Of a DNA stretch of 64,000 nt, positions 20,201 to 28,648 are shown one piece after another. Both the position numbers and the translations under genes were made by a program. Source of the DNA: an uncultured Mycoplasmatota bacterium. Its GTDB lineage: Bacteria; Bacillota_I; Bacilli_A; RF39; UBA660. The notes below the pieces were generated by a model. That model was not told where the DNA came from and did not search any database. It worked only from the letters and a program-made list of their open reading frames with translations. The first letter of the stretch is position 1, and each line of letters begins with the position of its first letter. The stretch covers positions 198,725 through 262,724 of the forward strand of contig CANTCQ010000001.1 in the NCBI GenBank assembly GCA_947652325.1, in the 5' to 3' direction.

Positions 20201-21853
20201 ATGAATGATAAAGCTATAGAATTTGAAACTACTATTTATAAAGTAAAAAGCTCTTTAACTCGTTTAAAAAAAATAGGTTTACGTATAGAAAAATATGAGA
20301 GATTGGTAGATGAGGTTATAGAAACCTGCAACAAAGAAACTGATTATAATATGGAAAATGTTTTTGGAGCAGCTGAGAATTTTTCAGAAGGTATGTTAGC
20401 AAATAGTTACATAAAAGCAATAAGTAAATTGGAGAGCATATTTTTAGAATTAAGTAAGTATGAAATTTATTTAAAAGTTGCGGCTTTTAATCAAATATTA
20501 AAGGAATTTTTAAATTCTAAAAATAAAGAGAAGATAAAATTTATTGAATTAAAAGACCAATTAAGGGGTTTATTAAATGATTTAAAAAAATCAGGAACAT
20601 TGGATTATCAAGTAGAAGGGGCTTTAGTAGAAGATATTTATTTTTTTACTTATCAACTTATACAAGAAGAAATAAAATGTTTTGGAACGAGTTCACTTTT
20701 AAGTGCTTTGAAACAAGATGAGATTCATAAATACAATTTGGATAAACAAATTCGTAAAGAATTGGAAACGTTAAATTTGAAAAAAGAGAAATATTCTTTA
20801 TTGAAACTTCGAAAAAATGAAATAGATACTCAAGAAGGCCTTCATGCTACTTATTTAGAAGAATACTTTATTTTAAATTTAATGAAAGCGACCATGAGTG
20901 AGCAAGATAGACAAAATTTATTAGAAGAAATGGCCTATGAGATTACCTTTGCTTATAAACAAGCAAAAAATATTGAAAAGGATATAGATAAAAATCGAGA
21001 GAGTATAACTGAAAATAGTCAAAAAATTCAAAAGTATTTAAAAAAAATATACAAAAATATAGCTTTATTTGCCACTTCTGCAAGTATAACTGCAGGATTA
21101 ATTACAGGAAGTTTAACTTTAGGAAAAAAGTGGGCTTGTGAAAAAAAGTACAATGTGACAACTTATTCTTTTAGTTCTATAGATGGAGAATTGCCAATAA
21201 AGACAGAAAAGTCTTATTCTATTGAAAATACTATTCAATTATATGAATATAAACCTTTTAAAGAAGCAGATAGTTTTAATTATTATACGAGAACTGTAAA
21301 CACTTTTGATTTAAGTTCTTTAAAGGAAAGGAATTTAGAGGATTATCTAAACATAAATTTAGAAGCATTAAGAACTATAGTTGAAACAGGTTATGACTAT
21401 AAAGAGAATTTAAGTGTAAGTGATTTATACCAAGAAACACTTTTTATTGTAGAAAAAAAAGTAACAGATGAAGAAAATGTAGAAATAACGTACAATGCGT
21501 TTTCGCATGTTTTGATTTTTCTTGATTTTCTAATAATTGATGTTTTGATAGAATTAATACTGGCAGTGGGAATAGCAAAGATAGAAAATAGAAAATATTT
21601 AGAGTGGAATCTTCTTTCGTCTTTAAGAAAAATGATTGTTACATATAGAAAGATAATTGTCCAAAAGCAAAAAATAGCAAATACAGAAGAAGAACTTAAA
21701 AATTTAGATTTGGAAATGAAAAATTTATTTTTAGAAAATAGAGATTTGTTACAGAAAATACCAACTCTTCTTACTGTTTTTGAAGGGGAATCAAATTTTA
21801 GGGAAGAAGTGGAATCTATAAAAAAGAATTTATCTCGATTTCTTAAATTGTAA
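20201..21853 (+). CDS. hypothetical membrane protein with coiled-coil regions
   Basis: There are two hydrophobic segments (IALFATSASITAGLITGSLTLG and VLIFLDFLIIDVLIELILAVGIA), and the N- and C-terminal parts are coiled-coil-like. Confidence 0.5.
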   Translation: MNDKAIEFETTIYKVKSSLTRLKKIGLRIEKYERLVDEVIETCNKETDYNMENVFGAAENFSEGMLANSYIKAISKLESIFLELSKYEIYLKVAAFNQILKEFLNSKNKEKIKFIELKDQLRGLLNDLKKSGTLDYQVEGALVEDIYFFTYQLIQEEIKCFGTSSLLSALKQDEIHKYNLDKQIRKELETLNLKKEKYSLLKLRKNEIDTQEGLHATYLEEYFILNLMKATMSEQDRQNLLEEMAYEITFAYKQAKNIEKDIDKNRESITENSQKIQKYLKKIYKNIALFATSASITAGLITGSLTLGKKWACEKKYNVTTYSFSSIDGELPIKTEKSYSIENTIQLYEYKPFKEADSFNYYTRTVNTFDLSSLKERNLEDYLNINLEALRTIVETGYDYKENLSVSDLYQETLFIVEKKVTDEENVEITYNAFSHVLIFLDFLIIDVLIELILAVGIAKIENRKYLEWNLLSSLRKMIVTYRKIIVQKQKIANTEEELKNLDLEMKNLFLENRDLLQKIPTLLTVFEGESNFREEVESIKKNLSRFLKL

Positions 21854-21986
21854 AAATAAATTGAAAGAAGAAATTTTCTAATTTTAATTTATTTTTTTTA
21901 TAAAAAGTAGACATATTTTAAAAGTGTTTTATAGAAACTTCTTTTCACTCATGTTATAATTATTTACAATGAAGAGAGGGTTAGAC

Positions 21987-23531
21987 ATGGATGCTAAATT
22001 TGATGTAATTGTTATTGGTGCTGGAAATGCAGGACTAGTTGCTGCTCTTGAACTTGTGAAAAATGATAAAAAGGTTTTGGTTTTAGATAGTAATTCTGTT
22101 CCTGGTGGTTTTGCTACTAGTTTTATTCGAGGAAGATTTGAGTTTGATGCATCTTTAAATTTTTTAAATGAATTAGGTAGTGAGGAACATAAAGGAGAAT
22201 TATATCATCTTTTTTCACGATTAGGGATTCTAGAGAAAATGCAATTTGCCAATATAAAGGATGCTTACCATGTGTATTTTGTTGATAGTAAAGAAAATTA
22301 TAAGATGCCTTTTGGGGTTAATGAATTTATAGAAAAAATGGAAGAATATGTACCTGGATGTCGTACAGTTATGAAGAAATTCTTTATTATAGCAAAAGAA
22401 GCAAGAGAAGCTTTATTATACATTGAACAAAACAAAGGAAAAGTTTCGGAAGAATATTTAAAAAGAGAATATATTAATTTTATGAAAGTGGCAACGTTTT
22501 CATTAGAAAAAGTATTAAATGCTCTTAAAATGCCTAAAAAAGCACAAGAAATTTTGACATCTTATTGGGTTTATTTAGGAAGCCCTATTTCTACATTAAG
22601 TTTTATTTCTTTTGCTTCTCGTTTTTATGCTTATATTTCTTTTGGAGCTCAAATTCCTCTTAAAAGAAGTCATGAAATTAGTTTAGTACTAGCAGAAGAA
22701 ATCGAAAAATTAGGAGGTGTTGTTCAATACTATTCAACAGTAGATGAAATTTTATTTAAAAATAAAAAAGTGGCTGGTGTAAAACTTACTAACGATGAAA
22801 TTTATGAAGCAGAACATATTATTTCTTCAGTTTCTCCAACAATTTTGTATGGAAAAATGTTGCCTTCTTTACTTGTTCCAAAAGAAGCAGTTCGTTTAAC
22901 AAATTCAAGAGTTTTGGGTGCTAGAGGTTTTTCTATTTATCTTGGTTTAAATCAAAGTGCAGAAGATTTAGGACTTCATGAGTACAGCTATATGATTTCT
23001 CATTCTTCAGATAGTGATAAAGAGTTTCAAAATATGAGTTCGATTAAAAATAAGAGTAGTATAGCGATTGTTTTAAATAATGCCATACCTAATTGTTCTC
23101 CGAAAGGAACTACACTGATGTGTTTTACTTCGCTGTTTTTTGGTGATGCTTTTTCTAAAAATATTAAGGAAAATAATTATTTTGAAGTGAAAGAAAAAAT
23201 AGCTAAAAGTATATTGGATGCTTTTGAAAATACTACTGGTATTATTATTCAACCTTATATTGAAGAAATTGAAATTGCTTCTCCTCTTACATTTGCACGA
23301 TACGGAAATCATCCAGATGGTGCTATATTTGGTTATAAAGTTACAGGACTTGATAATGTACTTCCAAGATTGCTTCGAATGGAAGAAGAAAATTTTATTC
23401 CGAATTTAAGAACGTGTGGAGGCTTTAGTATTTTATCATCTGGTTATAATTCTACTTATTTATCGGGAGAATTAATTGCAAAGCTTACGTTACAAGATAT
23501 AAAAGAGGAGGAAGAACATGACAGAGATTGA
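21987..23531 (+). CDS. NAD(P)/FAD-dependent oxidoreductase (phytoene desaturase/CrtI family)
   Basis: The Rossmann motif is FDVIVIGAGNAGLVAALEL..VLVLDSNSVPGG. Confidence 0.75.
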   Translation: MDAKFDVIVIGAGNAGLVAALELVKNDKKVLVLDSNSVPGGFATSFIRGRFEFDASLNFLNELGSEEHKGELYHLFSRLGILEKMQFANIKDAYHVYFVDSKENYKMPFGVNEFIEKMEEYVPGCRTVMKKFFIIAKEAREALLYIEQNKGKVSEEYLKREYINFMKVATFSLEKVLNALKMPKKAQEILTSYWVYLGSPISTLSFISFASRFYAYISFGAQIPLKRSHEISLVLAEEIEKLGGVVQYYSTVDEILFKNKKVAGVKLTNDEIYEAEHIISSVSPTILYGKMLPSLLVPKEAVRLTNSRVLGARGFSIYLGLNQSAEDLGLHEYSYMISHSSDSDKEFQNMSSIKNKSSIAIVLNNAIPNCSPKGTTLMCFTSLFFGDAFSKNIKENNYFEVKEKIAKSILDAFENTTGIIIQPYIEEIEIASPLTFARYGNHPDGAIFGYKVTGLDNVLPRLLRMEEENFIPNLRTCGGFSILSSGYNSTYLSGELIAKLTLQDIKEEEEHDRD

Positions 23532-24693
23532 AATTGATTTACATGGAATTGATGAAAAAGATATGTCTAAATATGCTCACTTAAAAAAAGAAAGAGAAAA
23601 AATTATAAAAGATGCTTCTGGTAATCCTATATCTACTCATTTTCCTCTTAATGAGATGGCTATGAAATTACATCCAAGAGTTCAATATGTAAAAGTGGCA
23701 GAAGTGATTCATGAAAATCAAGATACAAAATCTTTTATTTTGGTTCCTGATACAGAGAAAGGAACGAAAGCACTTGCTTTTTTTAAAGCGGGTCAATACA
23801 TTAGTTTAGAGGTACCTATAGAAAATGGTGTGTATCATAGACCATATTCTCTTAGTAGCTCCCCAAAAGATGCTTTAGAAAATAAATATAAAATTACAAT
23901 AAAAAAATTTCCTCATGGAAGAGTATCCAATTATTTTTTTGATTTTGTGCAAGTTGGAGATTCTTTTTCAATTAGTGCTCCTACGGGAACTTTTACTTAT
24001 GAGCGCTTACGAGATGCACAACACATTATCGCTATAGTAGGTGGAAGTGGAATTACCCCTATTATGTCTATGGCAGAGGCTATTTGTGATGGAACTTTAG
24101 AAAATGTTTTTATGACTATTTTGTATGGGGCTAAAACAGAAGAAGATATTCTTTTTAAAGAAAGATTAAATGAAATTGTTTCTAAAACTTCAAAAATTAA
24201 AGTAGAATATGTTTTAAGTGAAGAAAAAAATGAAAATTATTTACATGGTTTTATTAGAAAAGATTTAATTGACCAATATGTAGAAGAAGAAAATTCCTTT
24301 TTTCTTTGTGGACCTGTTCCTATGTATTCTTATTTGAATGAAGTATTAAAAGAGTATAATATTGCTAAAAAATACATTCGACATGGATTGTTTAAAAGTG
24401 AGTTAGACGATATTAATTATGAAGAATATCTACTTACTGTTTTTACTAATAATAAAAAATTTACAATTCCTTGCTATGGTAATATGACTTTATTGGATGC
24501 AATGGAAAAAAATGGAGTTATAGCTTTAAGTAAATGTCATGTTGGAGAATGTGGTTTTTGCAGAAGTAAAATTATAAGTGGTAAAGTAAAAACTTTTGTT
24601 GGAAGTAATCGTTTGAAAGATAAAAGTTATAATTATATTCATCCTTGTGCTTCTTATCCAGAAAGCGATATAGTTTTAAAATTACCTAAATAG
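23518..24693 (+). CDS. ferredoxin-NAD(P) reductase-like flavoprotein with C-terminal 2Fe-2S domain
   Basis: The FAD motif is RPYSLSS, the NAD motif is GGSGITP and the 2Fe-2S motif is CHVGECGFCRSK. The gene overlaps the upstream gene by 14 nt. Confidence 0.75.
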   Translation: MTEIEIDLHGIDEKDMSKYAHLKKEREKIIKDASGNPISTHFPLNEMAMKLHPRVQYVKVAEVIHENQDTKSFILVPDTEKGTKALAFFKAGQYISLEVPIENGVYHRPYSLSSSPKDALENKYKITIKKFPHGRVSNYFFDFVQVGDSFSISAPTGTFTYERLRDAQHIIAIVGGSGITPIMSMAEAICDGTLENVFMTILYGAKTEEDILFKERLNEIVSKTSKIKVEYVLSEEKNENYLHGFIRKDLIDQYVEEENSFFLCGPVPMYSYLNEVLKEYNIAKKYIRHGLFKSELDDINYEEYLLTVFTNNKKFTIPCYGNMTLLDAMEKNGVIALSKCHVGECGFCRSKIISGKVKTFVGSNRLKDKSYNYIHPCASYPESDIVLKLPK

Positions 24694-24863
24694 TTTTAAA
24701 TAAAATAAACTTTTATATAAAAAGGCTTTTATTTTCTGTGTTGATAATGGTGTCTATTTATTGTTTGAAAGATATTAATAATTCTAAAAATGTTAGTAAA
24801 ATAACTTACCAATTATTAGTTTTTATGATAATAATGATGTTTACCCAAGATTTTTAATAGATT

Positions 24864-24897
24864 AAAAAAAATCGTTTAAAAAGAACGATTTTTTTTT
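24864..24897. terminator. bidirectional terminator
   Basis: The hairpin ATCGTT..AACGAT is flanked by an A-run and a T-run. It lies between convergent genes. Confidence 0.6.
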
Positions 24898-25498
24898 ATC
24901 TGTTATAGAATTCAACAATAAGACTTTCATTAATTTCGCTATTTAACTCACTTCTATCTGGAAGTCTTACAAAAGTACCAGCCATTTTTTTAGTATCAAA
25001 ATCTACGTAAGCAGGCCTATTTAAAGTTGCTTCTAAGGATTCTTTGATTGCTTTATGTTCTAAAGAATTTTCTTTAATACTAATTATACTTCCAGGTTTT
25101 ACTTGGAATGATGGAATATCAACTTTTATTCCATTTACTAAAATATGTCCGTGGTTTACAACTTGTCTTGCACCACGTCTAGTTTTAGAAAGTCCCATAC
25201 GATAAACTAAATTATCTAAACGGCTTTCTAATAATTTTAGTAAATTTTCGCCAGCTACACCTTTCATACGGGAAGCACGCTCAAATACTTTTCTAAATTG
25301 TTTTTCTGTAAGTCCATACATTAAACGTACTTTTTGTTTTTCTTGTAATTGAACACCATATTCACTAATTTTTTTACGTCTGTCTACTCCATGCATACCT
25401 GGTGCATAAGGCCGGCGTGCAAGTTCTTTCCCATTTTCTAAAAGTGAAAAATTAAGTCTTCTAGCTTTTTTATAAGCAGGTCCTGTATATCTTGCCAT
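24896..25498 (-). CDS. rpsD: 30S ribosomal protein S4
   Basis: The N-terminus [15 protein letters not shown] and the overall S4 sequence are recognisable. Confidence 0.95.
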   Translation of the reverse strand: MARYTGPAYKKARRLNFSLLENGKELARRPYAPGMHGVDRRKKISEYGVQLQEKQKVRLMYGLTEKQFRKVFERASRMKGVAGENLLKLLESRLDNLVYRMGLSKTRRGARQVVNHGHILVNGIKVDIPSFQVKPGSIISIKENSLEHKAIKESLEATLNRPAYVDFDTKKMAGTFVRLPDRSELNSEINESLIVEFYNR

Positions 25499-26236
25499 AA
25501 AATTCTCCTTTCTTTCAATTTGCTATAAGTTATGGAAAAAGAAATAATTAGGGAGTTTATATTAATCATTTCTTATGAGGCAGTCTCTAATACTTTGAAC
25601 TTATTATAAACACGTTAAATATCTCTTTTTTCCGCTGCCAACTCATTGCATATTACATTATACACTATATTTTTATTATGTCAAATTGATAAGTATGTCT
25701 ATTTTTATGTTAATATATAAAAAAATAAGTATTAAAAAACTACCATATTTTTATAATGTATTATACTAAGAAAAGTTTTATAAAAAGGAAGGCAGTTGAT
25801 TTGTATATTCAAAGAGAACTTATTATATTTTTAGAAGAAACGGTACTTTAGGAACAAAAAAAGAATATATTTTGGATATCTTTTAGTTAAATTTTATTAA
25901 AAGCTTATATTGTTTTTCATTTGCTTCGTTCATCTAAAAATGATATTTTTCATATTCTTAATGGTGTATTGATTAAAATTTAAATTATCAAGAAAAGGTA
26001 ACTATATTAAAGCAATGTCTGTTTATGAAAAGCAAAGAAACTTATGATAAAGTAATTCAAATAGTAACTTTTTTTAGAGATTCTGCTTTCTTTGTTTTAA
26101 ATCAATATTTATGGTTGGAATAGGCTGAAAATTTAATTCATGGTTTAGAAACTATAAAATTTTTAAAAGAGTATATTCAAGAAGAAATGAAAACTTTTAT
26201 GGGACAAGAAGAAATAAATCGAACAAGAAAACTAAG

Positions 26237-27364
26237 TTGAATTTCTTTTTTCGTGGTATAATATATTTGGTGAAGAAATTGAACAAAACAGCTAGAGAAA
26301 TATTAGAAATTTTAGAGTCAAAAGGTTTTTTTGCTTATATTGTGGGAGGTTATGTAAGAGATTATTTGCTTGGTATTTCAAGTACAGATATTGATATTTG
26401 CACCAATGCTAGTATGAAAGATGTTTTGTCTATTTTAGTTGGAAAAATTAATAAATATCATTCTTTTACGATGCGAAAAAAAGAATTAACAATTGATATT
26501 ACTTCTTGTCGAATAGATGGAGAATATAATGGAAGAAGGCCAAAAGAAGTTTTTTATACTGATGATTTGAAAAAAGATTTAGAACGTAGAGATTTTACAA
26601 TTAATACCATTTGTATGAATAAAGAGGGAGAAATTTTTGATTTTTTAGATGGGATTGTAGATTTGAAAAGAAAAATTATTAAAATGGTTGGGGACCCTCA
26701 AAAAAGAATAAAAGAAGATGTTTTGCGTATTTTAAGAGCGATTCGTTTTGCTACAGTTTTGGATTTTAAAATTGATAATGTGCTTGAAAAAGCCATTAAA
26801 GAAAATGCTTATTTATTAACAAATTTAAGTGGCTATCGTATTAAAGAGGAAGTTTCAAAGATTTTACTTTCCAAACATTTTAAAAAAGGACTTTCTTATC
26901 TTAAAAGATATGGGATATGTCCTTTTATTGGTATTTCTTTTTCTAATTTGGTTTACACAAGTGATTTATGTGGAATGTGGGCACAAATAAATATAAAAAG
27001 AGAATTGCCATTTACAAAACAAGAAAAAAAGAATATAGTAAAGATACAAGAAATTTTAAAAGTACAATTTATTACAAAAGAAGTATTGTATTCTTATGAC
27101 TTATATTTTTGCTTAATTGCTGCAGAAATACTAGGTATAAATAAAGATTCTATTCATGAAATGTATCAAAGTATGCCTATTTATCAAAGAAAAGATTTGG
27201 CTATTTCTTTTTTTGAAATACAAGAGGTTTTGCAAATATTTGATGCTAGAAAAGTAAAAGAAATTGAAAATAGTGTTATACGAGAGATTTTAAATGGTCA
27301 TATGAAAAATGAAAAAGAAAAGCTAAAGGAATATATTTTTGCAAATCGTTCGAGGTGGTTATAA
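26237..27364 (+). CDS. cca: CCA-adding tRNA nucleotidyltransferase
   Basis: The motif GGYVRDYLLG..DIDICT and RDFTINT are present. The start is uncertain (candidates at 26237, 26270 and 26279). Confidence 0.8.
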   Translation: MNFFFRGIIYLVKKLNKTAREILEILESKGFFAYIVGGYVRDYLLGISSTDIDICTNASMKDVLSILVGKINKYHSFTMRKKELTIDITSCRIDGEYNGRRPKEVFYTDDLKKDLERRDFTINTICMNKEGEIFDFLDGIVDLKRKIIKMVGDPQKRIKEDVLRILRAIRFATVLDFKIDNVLEKAIKENAYLLTNLSGYRIKEEVSKILLSKHFKKGLSYLKRYGICPFIGISFSNLVYTSDLCGMWAQINIKRELPFTKQEKKNIVKIQEILKVQFITKEVLYSYDLYFCLIAAEILGINKDSIHEMYQSMPIYQRKDLAISFFEIQEVLQIFDARKVKEIENSVIREILNGHMKNEKEKLKEYIFANRSRWL

Positions 27365-27999
27365 TGAACATTACATTAATGAAAGAGAAAATGTTGGTAT
27401 TTCCAACTTATTTGGTTCCCATTTGTAAAAATTATGATTTGGGTTTGGAAGATTTTTTATTGCTTATCTATTTTTGGAATCATAAAGAAGAGATTTTTGA
27501 CGTTTTGGAAGTATCTAAATCACTAAAAATAAAAGAGGAAGTAGTCCTTGTCTCTTTTAATCGTTTACTTGAAAAGAAGTTAATTAAATTGGAACTTCTA
27601 AAAGATGAGAATAAAAAACGAATGGAATATGTTAATTTAGATGCTTTATACTGTATATTAGATGAAAGTTTTAAAGAGAAAGAAAAAAGTGTAGAGAAAG
27701 AAGATGTCTATACTGTTTTTGAAACAGAATTTGGACGTACTATCTCTTCCATGGAATATGAAATTATTAAAGCTTGGTTTGAAAAAGGATTTAGTGAGGA
27801 ACTTATTTTAGGAGCTTTAAAAGAGGCAGTGTTTAATGGAGCAAATAATTTAAGGTATATTGATAAAATTTTATATGAGTGGCAAAGAAAAGGGTATAAA
27901 ACGATGAAGGAGGTAAATAATCATAAGTTTGTTCGAAATTCTAAGGAAGAAGCAAAGGAACTTTTTGATTATAATTGGTTAGATGATAGCGAAGGATAA
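27364..27999 (+). CDS. dnaD: DnaD-domain replication initiation protein
   Basis: The C-terminal DnaD domain reads FETEFGRTISSMEYEIIKAW..LRYIDKILYEWQRKG. Gene order dnaD-nth matches Bacillus. Confidence 0.75.
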   Translation: MNITLMKEKMLVFPTYLVPICKNYDLGLEDFLLLIYFWNHKEEIFDVLEVSKSLKIKEEVVLVSFNRLLEKKLIKLELLKDENKKRMEYVNLDALYCILDESFKEKEKSVEKEDVYTVFETEFGRTISSMEYEIIKAWFEKGFSEELILGALKEAVFNGANNLRYIDKILYEWQRKGYKTMKEVNNHKFVRNSKEEAKELFDYNWLDDSEG

Positions 28000-28603
28000 A
28001 GTTTTAGATTATTTGGATGAGCTTTTTTTTGATGCTCGGTGTGAACTTATTTATCATAAGGATTATGAACTTTTAATTGCGACTGTTTTGAGTGCTCAAT
28101 GTACGGATAAAAGAGTGAATATGGTAACACAAAAGTTATTTTCTAAATATGATATTTTTTCCCTTGCTAAAATTCCTATAAAAAATATTGAGAGTATAAT
28201 AAGGCCAGTAGGGACTTATACGAGAAAATCCATATATATAAAAGAAATTGCTACTCGTTTAGTAGAAAGTTATGGAGGAAAAGTTCCAAATGACCGTGAA
28301 TTTTTAGAAAGTTTACCAGGAGTAGGGCGTAAAACTTGTAATGTTGTGTTATCCAATTTGTATAATGAACCTGCTATTGCGGTAGATACTCATGTGGAAC
28401 GTGTTTCTAAACGTTTGAAGTTGGCTCGTAAAAATGATTCTGTGTTAGAAGTGGAAAAAAAGTTAATGAAGTATTTTCCGAAAGATAAGTGGAGTAGGGT
28501 GCATCACCAATTGGTTTTATTTGGAAGATATAAATGTAAAAGTATTTCCCCGCTTTGCGAGGATTGTAAGTTTCAAGAATTTTGTACATATAAAAAAAGA
28601 TAG
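27983..28603 (+). CDS. nth: endonuclease III
   Basis: The HhH-GPD region reads LIATVLSAQCTDKRVN..LPGVGRKTCNVV. The 4Fe-4S cluster motif is CKSISPLCEDCKFQEFC. Confidence 0.9.
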   Translation: MIAKDKVLDYLDELFFDARCELIYHKDYELLIATVLSAQCTDKRVNMVTQKLFSKYDIFSLAKIPIKNIESIIRPVGTYTRKSIYIKEIATRLVESYGGKVPNDREFLESLPGVGRKTCNVVLSNLYNEPAIAVDTHVERVSKRLKLARKNDSVLEVEKKLMKYFPKDKWSRVHHQLVLFGRYKCKSISPLCEDCKFQEFCTYKKR

Positions 28604-28634
28604 TTTATTAATCTATTTTAAACTATCTTTTTAA
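28597..28634. terminator. bidirectional terminator between nth and ponA
   Basis: The hairpin AAGATAGTTTA..TAAACTATCTT is flanked by A- and T-runs. Confidence 0.65.
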
Positions 28635-28648
28635 TTGTTTGGTTTAAT

